DNA of 64,000 bases, from assembly GCA_963662665.2 (NCBI GenBank), contig CAXXJS010000008.1, positions 1-64,000 of the forward strand, read 5' to 3'. Positions 48,217-57,521 of this stretch are shown here, piece by piece. Origin of the DNA: Candidatus Latescibacterota bacterium (GTDB taxonomy: Bacteria; Latescibacterota; UBA2968; GCA-2709665). Made by a program: the position numbers and the translations under genes. Numbering within the stretch: position 1 is the first letter of the stretch; every line of letters starts with the position of its first letter. The notes beneath the pieces were generated by a model, which was not told the origin of the DNA, did not search any database, and saw only the letters and a program-made list of their open reading frames with translations.

Positions 48217-48562
48217 AGATGTCTCCTGGTTGGATTGAATTAGTTATCTCAAAAATAAAGCACCGACATCCGTAATATGCAATTCGCTGAAAGCGTACGC
48301 AAGGAGCCAGAAGGGTCCCTAAAGGATGAACTTTCATCGTGCGGTAACGCTCGGTAGTTTCATCGGAGAGCACACAGGTGACTGCTGTTCCCTTCAGACT
48401 TTGGCGAATAGTCGAATAAGCCGAGAGACGCACATTGCGACGCGGTAAAGACAATGGGCGGCGCCGTTCCTTGTGCAGAGCATTCAGGCCATCTGTCCTG
48501 AGGCTCCGGTGATGATGAAATACAATGGTGTGTCCCCAACGCAATGGGATCTATAACCCTAG

Positions 48563-48815
48563 CGCGGCTTAGCTGTGCTCAGCCGCAACCAAACAGATGG
48601 CAATGATCGGGCGAGCCCGTTTGAAGGTTTAATCACTCCCCCCTTGAGGGGGAGTCGCAGAAGCCGATCCGATCCCTGAGCATGCGTTGCCCTGAGCCTG
48701 TCGAAGGGTCGAAGGGCCGGCGACGGCTGATGCGGTGGGGGACTTCAACGCCTTACCGTATGCAAACAGCATGATCAAACATCTACGCATCTTGCGTTGA
48801 AGGCTTACTGTAAGA
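48563..48815 (+). repeat. ~255-bp composite dispersed repeat, copy 1
   Basis: Colinear with 54179-54430 (direct) and 60810-61014 (inverted). Confidence 0.85.
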
Positions 48816-48857
48816 CTCTAAAGACAAGAGTTTAGCATCGAAACTGAGGGAAAGATC

Positions 48858-49040
48858 TTGACTTTGTTCTCAACTCAGATACTATTCTATTAGGGGAGAG
48901 TGCCCCCGAGCAAGGGCATAGAAGGTCATGCACTCAATGAGTTCGGCCAAACTCATTACGGGCCCTCTATCCCCGAACACTCCCACAAATCCTTGTTGAG
49001 AATTGAAAAGCCCCGGTAGGCAATTTTACCGGGGCTTTTA
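48858..49040 (+). ncRNA. Candidate ~150-nt structured small RNA with its own promoter and bidirectional terminator
   Basis: TTGACT-16-TACTAT; hairpins tgccc/gggca, atagaaggtc/ggccctctat, aatgagtt/aactcatt; terminator aaaagccccggta-8-taccggggctttt. Confidence 0.5.
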
Positions 49041-49299
49041 ATATAAATGTCATTTAAGTTTAGCGAGACTGCTAAATTATGGACTAATCCCAACCGCCCT
49101 TCGGCCTACGGGCGCGGGCTCATTGATGGAGGGGATGGATAGTTTGGTATTACAGTCCGGTGGGGGGATGAATCCAGCAAATATCAGCCTGATGGATAGA
49201 GTTTTTTTAAAATGGATTTTAAATAACGCTTTTTTCATCATTTTTTTCTTGCATATAAAAGACTTTTTCGTTATCTTTAGCGTAGGAGGAAAAGACACT

Positions 49300-49662
49300 A
49301 TGAATGATCCTATTTCTGATGGCTTGAAAAAAGCGCATACCGAACTATTGAGAATCGCGGAGTTCCTAGAGAAGGTCGCCGAAGATCATAGGCAATTTGT
49401 GAAACTTCGGCAAGAAATGGAATTCCTTTTCAGCAATATGCAGGACGATCTATTCTACACCAAGCACAATTCAGTTTTTGAGGTGCTTCAAGAGCGGGTC
49501 TACGAAGTACTCAAACGTCAGCCAATGCCGCCTAAAGAAATTTATAGAGCCATCGACGGGGATAACCTACCTGTAGAGATCCGACAACTGCGAAACTGGC
49601 TGAGCCGGGAATTACGTAAAGGCAAGCTGACACGAAGGGATGGACATTACATGATTGCATAA
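49300..49662 (+). CDS. Hypothetical 120-aa protein with C-terminal winged-helix-like domain
   Basis: TTGCAT-17-TATCTT promoter, AGGAGG RBS; ERVYEVLKRQPMPPKEIY...QLRNWLSRELRKGKLTRRDGHY wHTH pattern. Confidence 0.7.
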   Translation: MNDPISDGLKKAHTELLRIAEFLEKVAEDHRQFVKLRQEMEFLFSNMQDDLFYTKHNSVFEVLQERVYEVLKRQPMPPKEIYRAIDGDNLPVEIRQLRNWLSRELRKGKLTRRDGHYMIA

Positions 49663-49868
49663 AAAACCTCGGAGTATGAAGCACTTACCATATATTTAAA
49701 ACGTGTCACAGGGTGGTGCCGTAAGGTCATGCGGCAATAGGTGGGAAATGAAGCTGGAAGGAACGCGGCAACGAGCCGTTAATACGGAGTAGAAACCAAT
49801 CACGTAGGAAGGAGAAAACTAAATGATCTCGCTAATTTTCAGTTCCCTATATTCGAGGAGGCTATACA

Positions 49869-49976
49869 ATGGCCGACCAAAACAGCCAGAACCGCAAGTT
49901 GACGCTTGCGGTTCTGGCGAGTACGCTGACGGCTGTTTGGAAATTGATCGAAACAATCGTCAATACCCTGAAGTAA
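49869..49976 (+). CDS. 35-aa hydrophobic/amphipathic peptide (type I toxin-like)
   Basis: GAGGAGG RBS; MADQNSQNRKLTLAVLASTLTAVWKLIETIVNTLK; followed by a terminator. Confidence 0.55.
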   Translation: MADQNSQNRKLTLAVLASTLTAVWKLIETIVNTLK

Positions 49977-50039
49977 TTAATATACGGTAATTTTTTCAAT
50001 ACCGAAAGGGTTTTCGCCTGTTCCATCCAGAAGTTGGGG

Positions 50040-50069
50040 ACCCGGAGTGTGAGAACACTCCGGGTTTTT
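50040..50069 (+). terminator. Intrinsic terminator
   Basis: acccggagtgt-gaga-acactccgggt-tttt. Confidence 0.85.
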
Positions 50070-50130
50070 AAATACACCACGGCCGGGGCTTTCAACGAGC
50101 ACAGCCCAGGGATGAGACCCTGAACCGCAG

Positions 50131-50499
50131 TTAAATTGAAATTCCATATTCCGCAAGCTCTTTCTTAAGTTCAATCATTCGTAACCTTTTCTTTCGATTT
50201 TCATCTACAATTTCTGACAACTCCTCCCGTGTGGGCCAAGGTTTAAACTGATCTATGTGAATACGAGTTTCGGGCAAGCCTTGTGCAATCAGGTTCCCCG
50301 CAAACCGCCCGTCCATCCAAGGCAACAGCGCCTCTCCGAATGGCGGATGCACGGTCCTTTTAGTCAGCATCAAGCGCGATTTGCTTATATTTGCATAGGG
50401 GACGATGTGTTTAGCCCGATCGGGATTCCAGTCAACAGACTTGTGCGACGGCCGCCGGCATAATACGATTAAGCTGATGGACAACACGTTAAAGCACAT
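50131..50499 (-). CDS. Hypothetical protein or gene remnant (start uncertain)
   Basis: C-terminal half reads as a natural helical protein (EELSEIVDENRKKRLRMIELKKELAEYGI). Confidence 0.4.
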   Translation of the reverse strand: MCFNVLSISLIVLCRRPSHKSVDWNPDRAKHIVPYANISKSRLMLTKRTVHPPFGEALLPWMDGRFAGNLIAQGLPETRIHIDQFKPWPTREELSEIVDENRKKRLRMIELKKELAEYGISI

Positions 50500-51655
50500 G
50501 ATTCGACGAAAACTTTCTAAAACGCTTGATACTTTAGCTGATGTCTGCCGGCAGGCTCAGCTCAGGGGTCTTCCAACGCGGCGGCGGTTTGCCAGATGGT
50601 TCGGCCCTCACTTGGCTCGGTACATTGAATACCGAAGCGCCGCGCCAGCCCGCGCCACGCTAAAGGTCAAAGGTCGTCAGACGCTTCTCATTGACTCTTC
50701 TGTTAATCATCACCGCCAGTTGACGAGTTTCGTAGGGTATTGGGAAGACTATGAAGACGCGGAGAGCGGTAACTACTCGGCAATCCTGCGAACTCAGGAA
50801 GTAAGTAATAACAAAAACGTCTCGGACAGTAGAAATCCATGCTTCAGTATCACGGAAAACCTAAAGTATCTTCCTGGGATCGCAACCCTGGCTAGGGAAG
50901 GACGAATAGGACTTTACACGTCATGGGAATTGAACTCTCCCTACGGGATCGAAAGCAAAAAGCGATGGAACCCAGATCCGGTTTGCGACGACATCTTTAG
51001 GGATGTAGTGATGGAGGTATTAGACAACTCCGATCCGTTCTGTTCTGAGCTGCCGGCTGGTCCGACTTTATTTCAAAGGGAGATGTACTGTAGCAACTGC
51101 GAGGAGTACCGCTACTTTGACCAAGTTAATCCAACGACCTGCCCCACTTGTAGTGGGCCTACAAGACTTGGAAGTGTCCAAAAGCGCATTGACAGACGCA
51201 AGAAGATGATATCTATGGAGCCACTGCCAAATATACCGGATAATCCAGATTTGAAGCAACGGATTCAGAAGTTCCTGGATGCCGCGGAGTTGAATGCACG
51301 GTTGGTTGAATTGCTAGAGATATTCAATCCTAGGAAGGGTCACGACTGGGATTACCTCCACCTGGCAACCGCCGAAGTTAACGAAATCGACGCATTCTTG
51401 ACACTCGACAGAAAGTTCGTTAACCACATACGGAATACTATGAGAACCAAACGCGGCGGTCCATCTGAGTTGCGCTGCGATGTCTTGACGCCCTACGAGT
51501 GGGCGAATAAATGGGGAGTGCTCCCGGTCGAAATCCCGGCAGTATTGGGTAAGATTGTTGGTCGAAGAAAATATGATCCCTACTGGACACCTCCTGACAA
51601 TCCAAAGACGGAGGAGCAAGTGATGAAGAAGCTCAGGGGATATTGGCCTCCCTAA
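50405..51655 (+). CDS. PIN-like nuclease with inserted zinc ribbon (true start may be 50477 or 50498)
   Basis: LLIDSSV ... CSNC-x13-CPTC ... DYLHLATAEVNEIDAFLTLDRKF ... VLTPYE. Confidence 0.7.
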   Translation: MCLARSGFQSTDLCDGRRHNTIKLMDNTLKHMIRRKLSKTLDTLADVCRQAQLRGLPTRRRFARWFGPHLARYIEYRSAAPARATLKVKGRQTLLIDSSVNHHRQLTSFVGYWEDYEDAESGNYSAILRTQEVSNNKNVSDSRNPCFSITENLKYLPGIATLAREGRIGLYTSWELNSPYGIESKKRWNPDPVCDDIFRDVVMEVLDNSDPFCSELPAGPTLFQREMYCSNCEEYRYFDQVNPTTCPTCSGPTRLGSVQKRIDRRKKMISMEPLPNIPDNPDLKQRIQKFLDAAELNARLVELLEIFNPRKGHDWDYLHLATAEVNEIDAFLTLDRKFVNHIRNTMRTKRGGPSELRCDVLTPYEWANKWGVLPVEIPAVLGKIVGRRKYDPYWTPPDNPKTEEQVMKKLRGYWPP

Positions 51656-51825
51656 CCGGGCTGGGAATATCGGCGGTTGCGGGTTATCGCTGATTGATGT
51701 GAAGAGTCGTTCTGGGATGCTCCGGACACCGTTGTATAAGGAACTCGGCAAGTTTCAGCCTAATGCGACTGCAATCGCGGACATTTTCGCTGGCCGCGGC
51801 GTCGAGTATACCAGTTCAGACCTCA

Positions 51826-52416
51826 CTACGTCAGCGAATCCAGGTGGTCGAGAATTTCACTCTGTTCGGGTAGATCAAACTGACTCGATCCGATGTACGT
51901 ATATCTGATAATGCCGAGTTTATCAATGATAAACGTGGCCGGTCGGGCAATGCTGTTGCTCAGACCGTGATCCGCCAAGCCGGTCCACCCGTGTACGGAA
52001 CGGCCGGGATTGCCGAATATCGACGTCGCGGGGCGGACGATATAGTAAGCAAAGTTGTGCAACGCCAGGCCGAACCAGTGATGTACCCCGTAGCTCCTGA
52101 TGGCGCTCCAGTCTCCGTCCGCCAAAAGGGGAAAGGTGATGCCGTTGCGTTCGGCGTATTCGCGCAGTTCGCAAAGCTGCTGCCCCGCACCGACAGCAAT
52201 GATTGTCGCGTTACGCTCGGCGTAGGCGTCCAAATATTCCTGCACTGTCGCCAACTGACGACGGCTTCGCCGTCACCATGTCCCCCGAAAAAACGTCAGA
52301 ACGACGTTCTCTTTTTCCCGATGCGATGCCAGTGACACGTCTCGTTGCAGGTGAGAGGGGAGGGTAAATAAAGGGGCCGTATCACCAACGTTGAGGATCT
52401 TGCTTTTTCGCGACAT
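51826..52416 (-). CDS. Selenocysteine-containing AhpC/TSA (peroxiredoxin-like) protein, 196 aa
   Basis: MSRKSKILNVGDTAPLFTLPS...VVLTFFRGTW-TGA(52275-52273)-RRSRRQL continues in frame into FPLLAD...RPATFIID. Confidence 0.85.
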
Positions 52417-52432
52417 TGTGTACTTTTCCTAA

Positions 52433-54130
52433 CCTGACCTATTCATGAATCGTCAGGGATTGCAGATTCGTGCAGCAGAAGCAGCTTTCGAGTGAGTCTA
52501 AGAACGCAGGAGAAAGCTGGCTGTGCGGAACTGGCGTTTTCAAGCGATTTCAGGGTATATTTTTGTAGCAGGGTCGCGTGTAGGCGTCAGGATGACCCTG
52601 CTGTGACTGCCAAGAGCACAGACTTCTCCATTGCTTTTGGTGGTAGCAATCAAGACGTGAAGGCGGCCTGGTCCAGATGGAAACGTTATGGCATGGCGGT
52701 TCCCAGATTGTAGAGCATGGTTCGATAGAGGTGTTTGAGTGGAAACGCCGTTGGCAGATGGAACGTGATTTTGGTTTTCAGTTCACAAACGCGCCCGGCG
52801 ACTTTCAAGATGCGGTTTTGCAGCGTATTAAACTGGGCGTTCGTCCACGTGGTGCCGCGCAACCCGATATGGGCCAGGGCGTACACCAACACATAGGCGG
52901 CGCTGTGGAGAAAGAGCCGGAAGTGATTGGCGTGGAAGGTGTGGCAAGAGGTGCGATCGGAATGCAGAAAGGTCTTGTGATTCTTGATGAAGTTTTCCAT
53001 CCTGCCGCGTGAACAATAAGCGGTTTTGTAGATGAATGACGGTTGTGCGCCGTTCAGGTTGGTGACCACGAATCGGATATTGTGACCTTGCGGGGTGACT
53101 TCTGCCTTGCAGATGATGCGGCGTGGGGAAGACCAGCTGCCGGCCTGATAGTCCCAACAGCGATACAGGCGCACCGGTTTTCCCCCATCGGCATACAGCG
53201 CTTTGGCCTGGTCCATCAAGGGCTGTGCCAACCGCAGCAGCACCGCGTTTCCGCCTTGTCCGAGGATAAAAAACACATCGTTTTCGTCACACATCGTGTG
53301 TACTTCCGGACACGAAAAGTGTGAATCGCCACGCAACAGGATCTTGACATCGGGCCATGCGTGACGCAGGTAGGCGATCACCCGTTTTAGAATCGACACG
53401 ATCTCTTTGCCCGTGGGTCGGCGGCCCGGACGCAAGACCGTCGTGATCAACTTGCCGGTTTGCCCTTCATAGATATGCAGGGGTTGGTAGCAATAGCCCT
53501 TGAAATACGCATTGAATAACGACAACTGCTGGGATCCATACACCTTGTCTTCCGTGTCATCGATATCCAACAGAATGGCCTCGGGAGGGTGCTTATACGA
53601 GGCGATAAACGCATCGGCAAAGGCCGTCGCGATCCGATATAAGTCACCTCTGGTGATCCGGTTCTCGAACCGACTCATCGTGGGTTGACTGGCCAGGTTG
53701 GCACCGGTGACCGGCAACCGATCGCAGGCCGCCTTGAAGCCGGGGTCGCTACGCAACGTATTGCAGTCGTTCGCATCCTCATACCCACACGCCACCTGAA
53801 AGACACGCTGAGTCAGCAGGTCCACCGACGGGTGATCCACGTAACTTGGATGCCGACGATCTGTTATCGCCGCAACGATCCGACCCAAAATGCCGATTTT
53901 GGACTCCACCTCTCGAAGCAGCATCGCCCCGGTGTCGCTGGTCAGCATGCCCCCGTCGAAGGTGGCTTCTACCCGTTTGCCAGAAACACTTGCGAAAGAC
54001 ATCCTTTGTTGTTTATCTTGACCTGCCACGGTAGTTTCCTCCCGGTTCATTGTTATCAGGTTATTCGCGTAACCATAATATAATACAATGACTTGGGTAA
54101 GGAAACTACCTTTTTTGTGAATTATTCAGA
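52433..54130 (-). mobile_element. IS1380 family insertion sequence
   Basis: Imperfect IRs cctgacctattcat / gtgaattattcaga; 4-bp duplication CTAA at 52429-52432 and 54131-54134. Confidence 0.85.
52686..54050 (-). CDS. IS1380 family transposase
   Basis: FDGG.LTSD.G, GYEDAND, SQPTMSR.EN, LDIDDT, RGDS.F, Y..RG.MEN.IK. Confidence 0.95.
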   Translation of the reverse strand: MNREETTVAGQDKQQRMSFASVSGKRVEATFDGGMLTSDTGAMLLREVESKIGILGRIVAAITDRRHPSYVDHPSVDLLTQRVFQVACGYEDANDCNTLRSDPGFKAACDRLPVTGANLASQPTMSRFENRITRGDLYRIATAFADAFIASYKHPPEAILLDIDDTEDKVYGSQQLSLFNAYFKGYCYQPLHIYEGQTGKLITTVLRPGRRPTGKEIVSILKRVIAYLRHAWPDVKILLRGDSHFSCPEVHTMCDENDVFFILGQGGNAVLLRLAQPLMDQAKALYADGGKPVRLYRCWDYQAGSWSSPRRIICKAEVTPQGHNIRFVVTNLNGAQPSFIYKTAYCSRGRMENFIKNHKTFLHSDRTSCHTFHANHFRLFLHSAAYVLVYALAHIGLRGTTWTNAQFNTLQNRILKVAGRVCELKTKITFHLPTAFPLKHLYRTMLYNLGTAMP

Positions 54131-54178
54131 CTAAGGTAATGAATCTGCGTTTCGCGAAACAATGAACTCTTAGCCTGA

Positions 54179-54430
54179 CGCGGCTTCGCTATGCTCAGCC
54201 GCAACCAAACAGGTGGCAATTATCGGGCGAGCCCGTTTGACGGTTCAATCACTCCCCCCTTGAGGGGGAGTCGCAGAAGCCGAGCCGGTCCCCTGAGCAT
54301 GCGGTCCCTGAGCCTGTCGAGGGTCGACGACCGGCGACGGCTGATGCGGTGGGGGGATCTTAACGCCTTACCGTATGCAAGCAGCATGATTTAACATACA
54401 CGCATCTTGCGATGAAGCGTTACTGTAAGA
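54179..54430 (+). repeat. ~255-bp composite dispersed repeat, copy 2
   Basis: Colinear with 48563-48815. Confidence 0.85.
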
Positions 54431-54452
54431 ATCTGACTCAGGATCATCCGCA

Positions 54453-55211
54453 ATGGACAGCGAAATGTTGCAACGGGGGTTCGTCCCCCAGCCGCTGACG
54501 CCCGCGCAATGCAGCGCCCTGGACACCAACGGCTTTCTCATTCTGGAAGATGTCATCGCGCCTGACTGGCTTGTCGAACTGCGCCACGCGTTTGACGATA
54601 TCTTCGCACGCGAGGGCGACAAAGCCGGCGCCGAAGTCGCCCGGATGGAGGGCGTGCGACGCCTCGCCGACCTGGTCAACAAGGGAACGGTCTTCGACGA
54701 TGTTTACCTGCAGCCGACGCTTCTGTCGGCGGTCTTTCACGTCCTGATGCGGCCGTTCAAGCTCCACTCGCTCAACGGTCACGATCCGCTGCCCGGAAGC
54801 GGGTTACAGGGCCTGCACACGGACTGGGGGCAGCCCACCCCGCCCGGCGGGCCGTACCACGTCGTCAACTCCATGTGGATGCTCGACGATTTCACGCAGG
54901 CCAACGGGGCAACCCGCTGCGTCCCCGCCAGCCACCGAAAACCCGGCAGGATGGCCGACCACGTATACGATTCCATGTCGGATCACCCGGATCAGGTACA
55001 GCTGACCGGACGCGCCGGTTCGGTCGCCGTATTCAACGGCAGCCTCTGGCACGGCTCATATCGAAATCGCACGGATGCCCCTCGCCGGACGCTGCACTGC
55101 GCCTTTATTGCCCGCGAACACGCGCAGCAGACGGACCAGCGCCAGTACCTGCGGCCCGAAACCGCACAACGGCTCTCGCCGCTGGCGCGCTATATCCTGG
55201 ACGTGGCGTGA
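54453..55211 (+). CDS. PhyH-family dioxygenase
   Basis: LHTDW, WMLDDFT..NGAT..VPASH, LWHG..N...RR. Confidence 0.9.
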   Translation: MDSEMLQRGFVPQPLTPAQCSALDTNGFLILEDVIAPDWLVELRHAFDDIFAREGDKAGAEVARMEGVRRLADLVNKGTVFDDVYLQPTLLSAVFHVLMRPFKLHSLNGHDPLPGSGLQGLHTDWGQPTPPGGPYHVVNSMWMLDDFTQANGATRCVPASHRKPGRMADHVYDSMSDHPDQVQLTGRAGSVAVFNGSLWHGSYRNRTDAPRRTLHCAFIAREHAQQTDQRQYLRPETAQRLSPLARYILDVA

Positions 55212-55469
55212 ACCCCGGGGCGTAATTCACCTTGATTCGTGATTCTTCGGGGAAGTAAAACCGAATAAATGTAAGTGGATAAACCTGATTTAACGGCTGA
55301 TTACCAGGATACACCAGGTCACTGGACGTAGACTGAAACGATGTCTTTTTTGACGACCGTTGCACCCCGTTTCAGAGGTTTTCGTCGCGTTGCCGAGTTG
55401 CTGTCTTTTCGAATTGGGGTTCATGGCTGCTTTTTCTCCGTCGAAGAAAACTATAGATAAAGGGGAACC

Positions 55470-55847
55470 ATGAAACGCAGAAACATACCGACCGGCAGTC
55501 CATTTGGCGCGGAGTTCGGTTATTCGCGCTCCGTACGTGTGGACCGTCACATTCACGTCGCCGGCACCTGCGCCCAGCCGCCTCATGACCGGGGCGATGC
55601 CTACGAGCAGGCCAGGAGCGCATTGGGAATCATCGCCGTGGCGCTCGACGAGACCGGCGCCAGCCTCGAACACGTGGTGCGGACGGTTGTGTACATCACG
55701 GATGTGGCCCACGCCGATGGCGTCACCCGCGCTCACCGCGAAGTGTTTGGCGAGATTTTGCCGGCCTCGACCCTGGTTGTCATTGCCGCGCTGCTCAAGC
55801 CGCATCTGGTCGTCGAAATCGAAGCCTACGCCATAGCAGCCCGTTGA
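55470..55847 (+). CDS. RidA/YjgF family protein
   Basis: GYSRSVRV, VVRT, PASTLV, VEIEA. Confidence 0.88.
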   Translation: MKRRNIPTGSPFGAEFGYSRSVRVDRHIHVAGTCAQPPHDRGDAYEQARSALGIIAVALDETGASLEHVVRTVVYITDVAHADGVTRAHREVFGEILPASTLVVIAALLKPHLVVEIEAYAIAAR

Positions 55848-55941
55848 AATAGCCCATCGGGGCTGCGGCCCCCATTGCACGCCCGGTCACCAGTGGCGAT
55901 CGGGTCCGCCCGGAGACCGTCACCGGAGGTGTATAGTACCT

Positions 55942-57489
55942 ATGTCCTCGACCGGCCCTCGCTTATGGCCTCTCCATTTACTCGGAGGAGGCATCGTCCT
56001 GGCGCTCCTGTTGATCTGGTTGCCCGAAGCCCCCCATCGCCAGCAACAGGTCATGCGCACCATGGCCACCTTCATTCTCGCGTTTTTCTTTGTTTTGCTC
56101 TGGTTGCTCTTCGCGTCGCGGCTGGCCTGGGGACAGCGTCTGCGCTATTTCGGCGGTGCCGTCCTCGTCATTGCGCTTGGCATTGGACTCATTCGCATTA
56201 AGGGTATGAGCGGCGATTTCGTACCGGTCCTCGATTGGCGTTGGCGTGCTGAGGGCGAAGCCGCCGTCGCAGAAGGAGGGGACGCCACCGCGCTCAACGC
56301 CCGCGATTGGCCGCAATTCCTCGGCCCCGAGCGCAACAACCGCCTCCAGGGCGTCCACCTCGAGCGCGACTGGACCAGGTACCCCCCGCGCGAAATCTGG
56401 CGTCGCCCCGTTGGCGCAGCCTGGTCATCCTTTGCCATTGTCGGCGGCCGGGCCGTAACCCAGGAGCAACACGGCCCCGAGGAGCAGGTCGTCTGCTACG
56501 ACCTGGCAACGGGCCGCAAGCTCTGGCAACACGCCGACTCGACTCGCTACGAGACCGCCATAGCCGGCGTCGGTCCGCGCGCTACGCCCACCATCGCTGG
56601 AGACCGTGTTTTCACCCTGGGCGCCACTGGCATCCTCAATTGCCTGGATCTGGCCAGCGGGACCCTGATCTGGGCGCGGGACATCCTCGCCGACAACCGG
56701 GCTGAGGCCCATATGTGGGGCACCAGCTGTTCGCCGCTGGTCCTCGACAGCCTGGTCGTGGTCAGCGCCGGAGGCCCTGATGAGCGCTCGCTGGTGGCCT
56801 ATCACCGCCAAACCGGCGCGTTCGTCTGGGGCGGAGGCACGGACAGGGCCGGCTTCAGCTCGCCGCGTCTGGTCACTTTGGCCGGGAGCGAGCAGATCCT
56901 GATCTTCAACAGCTATAGCGTTGTCGCGCACGATCCTCACAGCGGAGTTCCCCTCTGGCGCCAGCCCTGGGATCAGGTCGAATGCGTTGCCAACCCACTA
57001 CCCTTGCCCGGGAACCGGGTTCTGGTTTCCACCGGCTATGGCATTGGCGCCAGGCTGTATCGGGTGAACGCCGCGTCCGACGGCGGCTTGACAAGCGACA
57101 TCCTGTGGAGAAGCCCGCGGCTCAAGGCCAAATTTGCCAACATGGCATATCGCGATGGGTTTGTCTATGGCCTCGACGATGGGGTACTGGTCTGCCTCGA
57201 CCCGAAAGACGGAAAACGCCGCTGGAAGCGCGGGCGCTACGGCCACGGCCAGCTCATCCTGATAGACGACGTCCTGCTGATCATGAGCGAATCGGGCGAC
57301 GTGGTACTGGTCGAGGCCCGTCCCGACCGCCACGTCGAACTGGCGCGCATGACGGCCTTCGCGGGCAAAACCTGGAATCCCCCGTCCCTTGCCGCACCCT
57401 ATCTGTTGGTGCGCACGGATAGCGAGGCCGCCTGCTACGAGTTGGCGCTTGCAAACGGGCGAAAGCCGCACGCGGCGCGCCTGGATTGA
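55942..57489 (+). CDS. Membrane-anchored PQQ-like beta-propeller protein
   Basis: Three N-terminal hydrophobic segments; DWPQFLGP.R, CYD..TG..LW, GPRATP, TWNPP. Confidence 0.85.
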   Translation: MSSTGPRLWPLHLLGGGIVLALLLIWLPEAPHRQQQVMRTMATFILAFFFVLLWLLFASRLAWGQRLRYFGGAVLVIALGIGLIRIKGMSGDFVPVLDWRWRAEGEAAVAEGGDATALNARDWPQFLGPERNNRLQGVHLERDWTRYPPREIWRRPVGAAWSSFAIVGGRAVTQEQHGPEEQVVCYDLATGRKLWQHADSTRYETAIAGVGPRATPTIAGDRVFTLGATGILNCLDLASGTLIWARDILADNRAEAHMWGTSCSPLVLDSLVVVSAGGPDERSLVAYHRQTGAFVWGGGTDRAGFSSPRLVTLAGSEQILIFNSYSVVAHDPHSGVPLWRQPWDQVECVANPLPLPGNRVLVSTGYGIGARLYRVNAASDGGLTSDILWRSPRLKAKFANMAYRDGFVYGLDDGVLVCLDPKDGKRRWKRGRYGHGQLILIDDVLLIMSESGDVVLVEARPDRHVELARMTAFAGKTWNPPSLAAPYLLVRTDSEAACYELALANGRKPHAARLD

Positions 57490-57521
57490 GTCCGTCGGGA
57501 AAAAAATACAAAATGCCCGCG

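Noticed and set aside
48240-48560. Possible small gene upstream of the PhyH gene
   Set aside because: No frame gave a recognisable protein or convincing RBS.
48858-50069. Hairpin-rich islet as retron msr-msd or DGR
   Set aside because: No reverse transcriptase in the window, and no a1/a2 or TR/VR pair seen.
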